64,000 nucleotides of DNA from a virus (taxonomy: Duplodnaviria > Caudoviricetes): the IMG/VR virus record IMGVR_UViG_2906626472_000001, positions 32,001 to 96,000 of that record. The stretch is one strand, 5' to 3'. Each line of letters opens with the position of its first letter. Position 1 is the first letter of the stretch. This document shows positions 49,126 through 57,948 of the stretch, piece after piece. A program made the translations under genes and the position numbers. Under the pieces are notes generated by a model. The model did not search any database. It saw nothing but the letters and a program-made list of their open reading frames with translations, and was not told the origin of the DNA.

Positions 49126-51381
49126 GTGGAAAACAAAATCATCTTCCATGCGAACATCGATGATGATCCGACCGACTTCACGCGGTTGCAGGATTTCGCC
49201 GAAGCTTCGCTCGACCACGTCGTCCTCGACGGCATCAGCAGCCTGACCAAGTACGTCGGCTTCGGCGTCACGAAGTCGGCTGTGACGCAGATCTCTGTCG
49301 CGACTGGCCGTCTCTATTCGGCCGGCAAGGTCTACTCCTCGGCGGACAACGCCTGGAGCAAGGACTTCATCACGCAGCTGCCGGTCGCCGGCAAGCGCAT
49401 CGCTTCGGTCGTGACCTGGGGGCAGGAGTCGGACACCGACATCCGTCCGCGCCAGTTCCTGATCAACGCTGAGACGCGCCAGGCTGAGCCGCAGGCCGTT
49501 CCGCTGGTTCACTCCCGCGTCGCGAGCCTCAACGTCGTGCTCGGTGCCGAGGCTCCGGACCCGACCGCGCCGCTGGTGGACGCCGGCTACACGGTCATCG
49601 CCAACGTCGTCCTGACGCCGACCGGCGTCGACACGATCACGATGGTCACCGACAACCAGCTGCCGAGCGTGCAGGCGCACGAGCAGCGAATCGACGACCT
49701 CGAAGTCTTCGAGGAGACCGCCGGTCTCCAGATCAAGACGCTCGCTTCCGACATCGCGGCCCTCAAGGCTGCCGGCTCGAAAGGCGACGTCGATCAGGCC
49801 ACCATGGGCCGCACGCTGGTTCGTCTGGCCGTGCTCGAGTCCAAGAACGGCGTGGTCTACAACGCGATCGACTCGGACGCGAACTTCTTCCTCGACACCA
49901 CGAAGTCGCAGCTGGATGACCCGCTATCGCATGTGAAGGTGGAAGAGGGCATCCGTATGCCGCACGCCGCCGAAGGCGCCGCGGCCCTCCAGATCTTCAA
50001 CCCGCTTGATCCGAGCGCGACGATCAAGAACGGCATCATGTTCCCCGCCTACACGCGGGAAGCCTGGCTCCAGTCCGGCAACATCAGCGGTGAGCTGCAA
50101 GTCGCGGCTTACTCGGTCCAGTCGTTCGACATGGTCCAGAAGATGATGTCGAAGACCCGCATCCGATACGGCGACGAGTTCTACGTCTGCACGAACAGCT
50201 TGTTCTGGCAGACCGGACAGTACAACGGCGCCGGCCTGTTCTTCCGCGACGGGGCGACCTACGAGGTCGAGAACCCGCAGGACACGCCGTACCACGCCTT
50301 CATCCGCCTGCGTCAGATCTGGATCGACCGCTGGGATGAGCCGTACTGGGAAAAGGTGACGACCACCACCACGGTGACCGGCACCCAGATCGCCGAGACC
50401 TGGCTCCAGGGCCAGAACATGTGGCTCGATGCCGTTGGCGTCTGGTTCACCCGTCTCGCGGCCTCCGGCTCGGCTCACTTCGCCATCGTCGAGGTCTCCG
50501 ACTACGGTCTGCCGAACCTCAAGGCGTGTATCGCTCAGACCACGGTGCTCCGCGAGAACCTCGTTCTCCAAGGAGAGACCAAGGTCTCGTTCCAGCCGAC
50601 CTTCCTCCAGGCCGGTAAGCGCTACGCGGTCGTCGTGACCACGGCAGCCGACCACTGGGTCGCCACGGTCCCGGGTCAGCAGTTCACGTCCGGCACGTTC
50701 TTCTACGTGCTCGATGGCGCCTACGCCCAGGGCGATGCGTTCAAGGATCTGTGGATGCGGCTCTACCGCTGCAAGTTCAACCAGGCCCGTGCGGTCATCA
50801 CGTTGAACCCCCTGCAGCTGGCCGGCGGCATTCTCGCGATCGACCTGCTCACCGGCACGGTCGTCCCGGACGGCACCTCGCTCACGTACGAGATCCAGGT
50901 CGGTTCGACTTGGTACAACTTCCTCGACGTGGACAAGTACATGCTCGGCCAGGGCGGCACGATCCCGCCGCTGCTCCCGCTGCGAGCCGTCTTCATGGGC
51001 TCCGTCGACTGCATGCCGTGCATCAACCTGGCTGACAGCTCGGTCTACGTGTCCCGCCCGGATGTCTATGCGCAGCACGTCTCCAAGACGCGCACGCTGC
51101 CGGCGGCCTCGACCTCGATCCGAGTCATCGAGCGCTACGAATACTTCGATCCGGCCTACCACACGGCAAGCTGCAAGCTTCTGACCGGTGCGGGCTTCAC
51201 GACGCAAGTATCTCCGTCCTCGGTCTCCACCTGGATCGATCCGGACGATGGCGCTTACGAGAAGACCTACGTCTTCAACCTCGGCGCAGCGATCACGCAG
51301 TTCAGGAAGCTGACCCGTCTCGACACCTCGACCAACCAGCGTGTGTTCCACGTCGGTTGGCAAAAGGACTACGCCGTCTAA
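49126..51381 (+). CDS. Baseplate/tail-fibre-associated structural protein (751 aa)
   Basis: Position between gpI and the fibre gene; beta-rich; GTG start after GGGA. Confidence 0.7.
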   Translation: MENKIIFHANIDDDPTDFTRLQDFAEASLDHVVLDGISSLTKYVGFGVTKSAVTQISVATGRLYSAGKVYSSADNAWSKDFITQLPVAGKRIASVVTWGQESDTDIRPRQFLINAETRQAEPQAVPLVHSRVASLNVVLGAEAPDPTAPLVDAGYTVIANVVLTPTGVDTITMVTDNQLPSVQAHEQRIDDLEVFEETAGLQIKTLASDIAALKAAGSKGDVDQATMGRTLVRLAVLESKNGVVYNAIDSDANFFLDTTKSQLDDPLSHVKVEEGIRMPHAAEGAAALQIFNPLDPSATIKNGIMFPAYTREAWLQSGNISGELQVAAYSVQSFDMVQKMMSKTRIRYGDEFYVCTNSLFWQTGQYNGAGLFFRDGATYEVENPQDTPYHAFIRLRQIWIDRWDEPYWEKVTTTTTVTGTQIAETWLQGQNMWLDAVGVWFTRLAASGSAHFAIVEVSDYGLPNLKACIAQTTVLRENLVLQGETKVSFQPTFLQAGKRYAVVVTTAADHWVATVPGQQFTSGTFFYVLDGAYAQGDAFKDLWMRLYRCKFNQARAVITLNPLQLAGGILAIDLLTGTVVPDGTSLTYEIQVGSTWYNFLDVDKYMLGQGGTIPPLLPLRAVFMGSVDCMPCINLADSSVYVSRPDVYAQHVSKTRTLPAASTSIRVIERYEYFDPAYHTASCKLLTGAGFTTQVSPSSVSTWIDPDDGAYEKTYVFNLGAAITQFRKLTRLDTSTNQRVFHVGWQKDYAV

Positions 51382-51402
51382 GGCGGAAAGGACAACTCCA
51401 AC

Positions 51403-51609
51403 ATGACCGACAACACGAACGCGGCCACCCCCGAGGTGGTCGCGAGCGAACCCGCGCCGGCTCCCGTCTACTACGACGTGAAGCTGAACGCCCGGTTCAC
51501 GCTGCAAGACTTCAATTACCTGCCGAGGGACCATCACATCGTGGACAAGACGGTCTACGACGCGATGGAAGCCGCGGGGGTGGTTGCCGATGTCAAGCAA
51601 CTTTCCTGA
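51403..51609 (+). CDS. Small tail protein
   Basis: AAGGA RBS. Confidence 0.6.
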   Translation: MTDNTNAATPEVVASEPAPAPVYYDVKLNARFTLQDFNYLPRDHHIVDKTVYDAMEAAGVVADVKQLS

Positions 51610-53272
51610 GCTTGTATTCAGCGAGGATGAAGACTTCACGGCTGATCGTTTGAACTCGGCGATGGAGGTGCTCGATAAGCGCCTCCGCGCCCTGGAGCCC
51701 TTCACGCCTTCTTGGCAGCAGGCAGTCAACGATCTGCGTGACGTCGGTCTCTCTCGTTTGAACGACGCCATACTGCCGGCGTATCAGCGCATCCAGCTGC
51801 TGTCCACGCTCGGCTTCCTCTTCGCTGGTTCGTCCAGCGAAGTCACTCTCACCAACGACATGACTGCGACGTTCATCATCGACGGTGAAACGCAGAAGTC
51901 TCTATTCACGCCTACGCCATTCCTGGCGCTGACGCGCTCCTCGACGGTCGATGACTGGGCTATCGCCCAGCTGATCTCCTACGAGGCTGCGACCGGCACC
52001 TTGATGGTGAAGGTCAAGGCGATCACCGGCAACGCCGGCCCGCACACTGATTGGCAGATCGGCGCATGCGCGGGTAATACCGCCGCTGCGATGGCGTATT
52101 TCGCCCAGATCGATGCGGCCCGCAACCAGTCGAACGTTGCCAAGGCGGCGACCGCAGCTGATCGCGTGCAGACCGGACTTGACCGGGTCCAGACTGGGCT
52201 CGACGTTACGGCTGCAAACATTGCCAAGGAACAGGCGCAGGCGGCTGCCTCGGGTGCAGGCACCTGGGATCCGACGAACTACGCGCTGAAGACCTACGTC
52301 GACAACGCCATCGCCAACCTGATCGGGGCAGCTCCGTCCACATTGGACACGCTGCAGGAGATTGCGCAGCGGTTCGTCACGGACGAGAACGCGCTCAACT
52401 CTCTGACCACCACGGTTTCTGGAAAGCTCCAGAAGTCGATGAACCTCAGCGACTTGACGGATACGGTTGCTGCAAAGGCAAACCTTGGCATCTCGTTCGC
52501 CAATCCGACATCGAAGTCGGGCCTTGCTGCCGTGGCCGGATCGGCCGTCACCTACATGCGCTCGGATGCTGCTCCGGCAATCGATGTCTCGATTTCGCCG
52601 ACCTGGACGGGAAAGCACATCTACCAGTATTCGTCTGGACTGAGCTACGTCCATCAGACGAGCACCTGGGGTGGGCTCTCGGTCTACGCTCCCGACCAAG
52701 GAACCGCCTTCATCAGCTATCATCGCGGCGTTTATGCGGTGAACGCTGGTCTCGACGGCGACAACTGGTGGCGCATCGGCGGTTGGTCTGATGGCGCTGC
52801 CTGGCGCTTCGGCGTCAGCCCGGCTGGTCTGATGCAGTCCGCAGGCTACGGCGCAAACACCACGCCAGTGGCAAGCCAGGTTCGAGCCGCAGGCGACATC
52901 ATCTACGGCGTCTCCGATGTGCGTCTGAAGAAGGACATCGAGACGATCGAGAACGCTCTGGAGAAGATCCGGCAGCTGCGAGGCGTCACCTGGGATCAGA
53001 GCGATCTGGCCAAGGAGCTGAAGGCGCCTGATCAGCCCCGCCGCAAGGCAGGTCTGCTGGCTCAGGATCTGCAGAAGGTTCTGCCTGAAGCGGTCGGCCT
53101 CGCGCCGTTTGACACCGACAAGTTCGGTAGGAGCAAGTCGGGGCTCGACCTCCTGAACATCTACTACGAGCAGCTCTCCGGCCTCTTGGTCGAGGCTGTC
53201 AAGGAGTTGGCGGACAGGAATGATGCGCTCGAAGCGCGCCTGGCCAAGCTCGAAGCAAAACTGGGGGTCTAA
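51590..53272 (+). CDS. Tail fibre with C-terminal peptidase S74 intramolecular chaperone
   Basis: APSTLDTLQEIA; SDVRLKKDI..I..ALEKI..LRGV...AGLLAQD...VLPEAV. Confidence 0.9.
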   Translation: MSSNFPELVFSEDEDFTADRLNSAMEVLDKRLRALEPFTPSWQQAVNDLRDVGLSRLNDAILPAYQRIQLLSTLGFLFAGSSSEVTLTNDMTATFIIDGETQKSLFTPTPFLALTRSSTVDDWAIAQLISYEAATGTLMVKVKAITGNAGPHTDWQIGACAGNTAAAMAYFAQIDAARNQSNVAKAATAADRVQTGLDRVQTGLDVTAANIAKEQAQAAASGAGTWDPTNYALKTYVDNAIANLIGAAPSTLDTLQEIAQRFVTDENALNSLTTTVSGKLQKSMNLSDLTDTVAAKANLGISFANPTSKSGLAAVAGSAVTYMRSDAAPAIDVSISPTWTGKHIYQYSSGLSYVHQTSTWGGLSVYAPDQGTAFISYHRGVYAVNAGLDGDNWWRIGGWSDGAAWRFGVSPAGLMQSAGYGANTTPVASQVRAAGDIIYGVSDVRLKKDIETIENALEKIRQLRGVTWDQSDLAKELKAPDQPRRKAGLLAQDLQKVLPEAVGLAPFDTDKFGRSKSGLDLLNIYYEQLSGLLVEAVKELADRNDALEARLAKLEAKLGV

Positions 53273-53275
53273 GAA

Positions 53276-53509
53276 ATGGCCGTTCCATCATCAGGAGCGG
53301 TCGCTTTCTCGACCGTCAACTCTGTCTTCGGCTACGGCGGCGCGATGAGCAGCTACGTCGGCAAGTATTACTACTGGTACGATCCAAACTGGGGTGTGCG
53401 CTCCGCCCAATTCCCCGGCTCGAACTTCCCGATGACGATGTTCTACGGCACGTCGGGCCACGACGAATGGAATTGTGCCTGCGACTGCAACTGCGCCTGC
53501 GGCAAATAA
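53276..53509 (+). CDS. Cys-tailed small protein A (candidate precursor or fibre-tip adhesin)
   Basis: MAVPSSGAVAFSTVNSVFG...FYGTS..DEWNCACDCNCACGK. Confidence 0.85.
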   Translation: MAVPSSGAVAFSTVNSVFGYGGAMSSYVGKYYYWYDPNWGVRSAQFPGSNFPMTMFYGTSGHDEWNCACDCNCACGK

Positions 53510-53521
53510 CGGAGGTCACTG

Positions 53522-53740
53522 ATGGCTATTGCTACCTCAGGCAGCATCGCAATGTCGACGGTCCAATCAGTTTTCGCCCGAGGCTACTCCATTAGCGGAT
53601 ATCGCGGGACGCAATACTACACGTCGGCGGGATTGGGAACTTTCCCGACTGGAGGCTTCCCATTCTCGGCGTTCTACGGGACGTCACCCAATAATGAGTG
53701 GGCTTGCGCCTGCGACTGTAACTGCAACTGCGGCAAATGA
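53522..53740 (+). CDS. Cys-tailed small protein B (paralogue of A)
   Basis: GGAGG RBS; MAIATSGSIAMSTVQSVFA...FYGTS..NEWACACDCNCNCGK. Confidence 0.85.
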   Translation: MAIATSGSIAMSTVQSVFARGYSISGYRGTQYYTSAGLGTFPTGGFPFSAFYGTSPNNEWACACDCNCNCGK

Positions 53741-53746
53741 GGACAC

Positions 53747-54058
53747 ATGGAAAAGAAATTCAGCTTCAAAGTGAAGGACTGGAGCGCTGACGGCTCAGCG
53801 CGAGTGGAATACATCCACGGCACGCTCGGCACCATCACCAAGTCCGTCTTCATTCCGCTGAACTTCTCCGAGGAGGAGCAGCGCAGCGCGATCGCGATGC
53901 AGTTCCCGTCGACCATGTTCCACTCACGGTGGCTTGGTTATCTGCAACGCGAGGCACCTCTTCCGGCACCCGCCGCCATGGAAGGGGAGTTCACGTTCAG
54001 CCTCGATCGGCCGGATGACAATCTGGTCGAGCAGGCGCACGAGATCGAAAAGGTCTGA
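53747..54058 (+). CDS. Hypothetical protein in the modification cluster
   Basis: GAGGA RBS; coupled to the next gene. Confidence 0.75.
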   Translation: MEKKFSFKVKDWSADGSARVEYIHGTLGTITKSVFIPLNFSEEEQRSAIAMQFPSTMFHSRWLGYLQREAPLPAPAAMEGEFTFSLDRPDDNLVEQAHEIEKV

Positions 54059-54600
54059 TGCGCCGCAAGCGTATGCGGTTCGGAAGTTTTATGGTCACGC
54101 TCTTCACCTGCTACGCGGGTGAGGAGCGGATCATTCCTCCTGGCGAACTGAACCGGGGCATCACTGAAGCCCCGATCGATGATCTCATCGAGATCAACAA
54201 GAATGCCAAGCCGCTAAACCCCATCACGGTCTTCACCAAGGGATCGTTCGAGATGGATCTCGGCTGGGACAAACCATTCCCTATCAAGGCGGGTGAGGGT
54301 GGATACAGAGGCGCTTTTGCGGAGCGTCTGGACAACATTCGGCTACGTGCAGTCGAAGACGGCAGCGAATATCACTGCATTCTTCCGCTCGATCGAACGG
54401 CTCGATACTGGGACAGGCGCCCAGTGAGCTGTGACGAGGGTCAAGCGATCGAGCTTTCCGCCGGCCAGTTTCTATACATCGCGACGGGCGCGATCGAGAT
54501 TGGCGGCAAGACCTTCACCGGTCCTGCCATGGTGGAGTCATCCAAGGACCAGACTGCAATGGCCACAGAGCGTGTGATCGGTGCAAAGATATGGATCTGA
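54058..54600 (+). CDS. Beta-rich (cupin-like) hypothetical protein
   Basis: TGATG coupling; VFTKGSF and LYIATGAIEIGG double-stranded-beta-helix-like segments. Confidence 0.6.
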   Translation: MRRKRMRFGSFMVTLFTCYAGEERIIPPGELNRGITEAPIDDLIEINKNAKPLNPITVFTKGSFEMDLGWDKPFPIKAGEGGYRGAFAERLDNIRLRAVEDGSEYHCILPLDRTARYWDRRPVSCDEGQAIELSAGQFLYIATGAIEIGGKTFTGPAMVESSKDQTAMATERVIGAKIWI

Positions 54601-55322
54601 GTTTCAAACCCAAACACTACCTCCCGGTCCTGTACACGGGATTGGCCGCCGTTGTGCTCGGCGCAATTCTCGTGCTGATCGGCGTGGTTTGGTGGCCGTG
54701 GCTGCTCCTGACCTGGAGCGTCTACTGCTTCCTGGCTATCACCAATTCGGCCGGTCACCACCGGCTATTCTGTCATGGCTCATACGAGACATCGACATTC
54801 TGGGAAGTGTTCCTGATCCTGACGGGGACGCTGTCCTGCTATAGCTCGTCGCTGCAATACTGCGTGACCCACAGCTGGCACCACAAATACGCGGACACCG
54901 ATGGTGATCCCCATCACTTCGAGTCGTTCTGGGACGTTTTCCGTGAGAGCTATCGCATGGAGAACGCCCCGCTCAGCAGCCGGAAGGCAATGGCCAGACT
55001 CCTGAAGCGTCCGGGCCATGCCTTCTTCCATCGCTACTTCTGGGCTTTCCCGGCCCTGATGGTGGTGATCCTGGCCCTCATCGGCTGGAAGGTGCTCCTG
55101 TTTGGATATGTGGCTCCGGTGGGCATCATCCTGTTCTCGGCAGCGATGTTCAACTTCCTGTCCCACGACGACGACGGTCCGAACAACAAAACAATCGCGC
55201 TGTTCGTCTCTGGCGAGGGTAGGCACAAGCTCCATCACGAGAACCCGCACCTTTGGGATTTGCGGCAGAGGTGGTGGCACATCGATCCGAGCGCCTGGCT
55301 CATCTCGCTCATCAAGAGGTAA
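54591..55322 (+). CDS. Membrane fatty-acid desaturase (delta-9-like, di-iron)
   Basis: Three His boxes GHHRLFCH, HSWHH..D...DPH and GEGRHKLHH; transmembrane segments. Confidence 0.9.
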   Translation: MDLSFKPKHYLPVLYTGLAAVVLGAILVLIGVVWWPWLLLTWSVYCFLAITNSAGHHRLFCHGSYETSTFWEVFLILTGTLSCYSSSLQYCVTHSWHHKYADTDGDPHHFESFWDVFRESYRMENAPLSSRKAMARLLKRPGHAFFHRYFWAFPALMVVILALIGWKVLLFGYVAPVGIILFSAAMFNFLSHDDDGPNNKTIALFVSGEGRHKLHHENPHLWDLRQRWWHIDPSAWLISLIKR

Positions 55323-55324
55323 CA

Positions 55325-55954
55325 ATGCCGACGATCCGCTTTCTGACGCCTGCGGACTATCCAGACATGTGCGATATCCTGGACAAGCACACCAGCGGTC
55401 CAGGCGCCTATGCCAATGACCGCACCGCCGCTCCGTCAGCGGATTTTAACTGGCATGCGAAGTGGTACATCGACACGCTCTTCGAGGCGGCGATGACCAA
55501 CTTCTTCGGCTACTTCGATGACGAGGGGCGACTCGCGGCGTTCGTTTGCTTCATCCGGTGGGTTAACGACACCGATATCTCCATCAACATCAAGGTGGAA
55601 GACCCGACCATCGATCTCCCTCGTGCGGAGGGGGCTCGCTGGTCGGATGTCACCATCGACCTGATCAACTGGGGTGTCGGCTACTTCTACTCAGAAGGCG
55701 TGACGACGTTCTGGACGCTGATGATGAGTGGGCAAGAGGCCGCAAGCTTCGCCGCCCATGAGAACTGCATCCTCAACCAGTACGGCAAGGAAAAAGTCCT
55801 GTCGCTTCCGGCCGGCGAGTTGCCGCCGGAGCAATATCGGCGTGTGCAGTGGATGCCGATTTTTCAGGACTCGGAGATCTACAAATACACCGATCCGCTG
55901 CCGCTGTCTGAATACCTGAAAGTAGAGAATGATCCGACTGGACTTGCTGGATAG
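55325..55954 (+). CDS. GNAT-fold-like hypothetical protein
   Basis: N-terminal IRFLTPADY..M..IL and FFGYFDDEGRLAAFV; fold is inferred only. Confidence 0.45.
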   Translation: MPTIRFLTPADYPDMCDILDKHTSGPGAYANDRTAAPSADFNWHAKWYIDTLFEAAMTNFFGYFDDEGRLAAFVCFIRWVNDTDISINIKVEDPTIDLPRAEGARWSDVTIDLINWGVGYFYSEGVTTFWTLMMSGQEAASFAAHENCILNQYGKEKVLSLPAGELPPEQYRRVQWMPIFQDSEIYKYTDPLPLSEYLKVENDPTGLAG

Positions 55955-57227
55955 GGACGGGGAGGTCGTGCCCCTGTTCTATGATCAGCACACGTCACGA
56001 CTGATGGACCAAAACGGCTGGCGAGCCATCGACTTCACGGGGCACCAGCTACTCGAGTCCGCGCCGACAGAGCGCCGCAAGTTCATTGCGGTCGACTACG
56101 ACCAGCCGGGCAAGAAGGTCCGCGAGGTCACCAAGCTGAAGATCCAGCTCGGCCTCGGCTGCAACTATTCCTGCGCCTACTGCCTTCAGGCGGCGCAGAT
56201 CCACAAGGCCGCAGCGTCATCGACGCGCGATGCCAGCGAGTTCCTCTCGAACATCGACAACTGGATCGGCGCTCCCGAGGGCATGGAGAAGGTCGAGCTG
56301 TGGGGCGGCGAGCCGCTGCTCTACTGGAAGAAGATCGAGGTTCTCGCGCCCGCGCTGAAGGAGAAGTTCCCGAACGCCCGCTTCTCGATCATCACCAACG
56401 GATCGCTCCTGACCCGTGAGATCGTCGATCAGCTGAAGGCGTGGGACTTCTCGGTCTCGATCAGCCACGACGGTCCGGGCCAGCACATCCGCGGCGATGA
56501 CCCGTTCGAGGATCCACACAAGTTCGCCTTCATCCAGTATGCATTCAAGCAGCTGCATCCACGCTTCTCGTTCAACTCGGTCCTGACGCCGGCAAGCCAC
56601 GACGTCAGCGCCATCATCGACTGGTTCCAGGACTACTTCCCGGGATGCAATGTCGCGTTCGAGGGCGTGGTTCACAGTTACGCCGCGGACGCTTCGTCGA
56701 TCTTCACGATCGAGCAGCTGGAGCAGTTCAGCGACATGCTGTCGCGCCAGCTCGTCGACGGAAGCGCGTTGCGTTCGCCGGCAATGGCAGACAAGCTCCG
56801 CAGGGCGATGACCTCGCTCGTGAACGAGCGCTCGTCTGATACCTTGTTCCAGAAGTGCGGGATGGACACGCCGGAATACCTGGCCGTCGATCTCAAGGGC
56901 AACGTCATGACCTGCCAGAACGTGGGTGCCAACGGCAACCACAAGATCGGGCATGTGGACGACTTCGAGAGCATCGCGCTCAACACCTCGCGCCACTGGA
57001 GCAAACGCGCCGAATGTCAGAGCTGCCCCGTGCTGCAGCTTTGCCAGGGTGCCTGCATGTACCAGGGCGGTGACAACTGGACGCACAGCTGCAACGCCGA
57101 GTTCTATTACAACCTAGCCTTTCTCCGCGTGGCCCTCTACGGGCTGACCGGTCGATGGCTGACTGGGTTCTCTGGCGACATCGTCAGGCCGACCCTGAAA
57201 AAGGATCGACATGTCCAAGTTCGTTAA
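55929..57227 (+). CDS. Radical SAM protein with SPASM domain
   Basis: CNYSCAYC, WGGEPLL, TNGSLL, ISHDG; C-terminal KCG...GNVMTC...CQSCPVLQLCQGAC...C. Confidence 0.95.
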   Translation: MIRLDLLDRDGEVVPLFYDQHTSRLMDQNGWRAIDFTGHQLLESAPTERRKFIAVDYDQPGKKVREVTKLKIQLGLGCNYSCAYCLQAAQIHKAAASSTRDASEFLSNIDNWIGAPEGMEKVELWGGEPLLYWKKIEVLAPALKEKFPNARFSIITNGSLLTREIVDQLKAWDFSVSISHDGPGQHIRGDDPFEDPHKFAFIQYAFKQLHPRFSFNSVLTPASHDVSAIIDWFQDYFPGCNVAFEGVVHSYAADASSIFTIEQLEQFSDMLSRQLVDGSALRSPAMADKLRRAMTSLVNERSSDTLFQKCGMDTPEYLAVDLKGNVMTCQNVGANGNHKIGHVDDFESIALNTSRHWSKRAECQSCPVLQLCQGACMYQGGDNWTHSCNAEFYYNLAFLRVALYGLTGRWLTGFSGDIVRPTLKKDRHVQVR

Positions 57228-57948
57228 GCTGGCAGCCCAGCTGGACAAGATCCCGCACCTGAAGCTGGGGCCAGAGTTCTTCGTGCCCCTGCTCCAGGCC
57301 GAGCTGGCTGCGATCGACGCGGCGCTCTTCGTGCCGTATCGATCCAAGAGTCACAACACGGCGCACATCGCCAAGTCCTGGCACGGCCTGTCCCTAATCT
57401 CTCCGGGCGGAACGGTTCACGGCGACCTCACCGAGGAGCCTTATGCCGGCCGCACGGACTGCGCATGGACGCCGATCGCAGAGGCCAGCCCCTACATCAA
57501 GCACGTCATCAGTGAGCTTGGCGGCGAGGGCCAGCGGGCTCGGTTCATGTGCATGCGGGCAGGCGGGAGCCTCACCTGGCACCGGCACGGCACCGAGATT
57601 TCGATCGAGCAGGGCAACATCATGGGCCAGCTCAGGCCCAACTGGTACGAGGTCATCGTCCACGTCCCGGTGCGATCGAACCCGGAATACAGCTACGAGG
57701 TCATCGCCGCTCACGAGTACGAGCTGGGCGACTTCTTCGCTGCCGGCATGAAGATCCACTCGCAGAACTATCCGGAGGGAGAGGCGTGGGCCTTCAACGG
57801 CACCCACTACCACAACGTCTTCAACCGCTCGGCCACACAGGATCGCTACTCGATCATGCTGACAGCGGACATCCGGATGAAGAAGACCTTCGACATCGTG
57901 TCGAAAGCCATTGAGGCCTATGACGGGCCGCTGATCGAGAGGTCCTGA
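57211..57948 (+). CDS. AspH-like Fe(II) oxygenase 1
   Basis: W.GLSL, R.RFM....G.LTWHRH, VHVPVRSNP, GEAW.FN....HNVFN...R. Confidence 0.75.
   Translation: MSKFVKLAAQLDKIPHLKLGPEFFVPLLQAELAAIDAALFVPYRSKSHNTAHIAKSWHGLSLISPGGTVHGDLTEEPYAGRTDCAWTPIAEASPYIKHVISELGGEGQRARFMCMRAGGSLTWHRHGTEISIEQGNIMGQLRPNWYEVIVHVPVRSNPEYSYEVIAAHEYELGDFFAAGMKIHSQNYPEGEAWAFNGTHYHNVFNRSATQDRYSIMLTADIRMKKTFDIVSKAIEAYDGPLIERS

Noticed and set aside
53276-53740. Diversity-generating retroelement template/variable repeat pair
   Set aside because: Both copies are ORFs, differences are not confined to adenines, and no reverse transcriptase is in the window.
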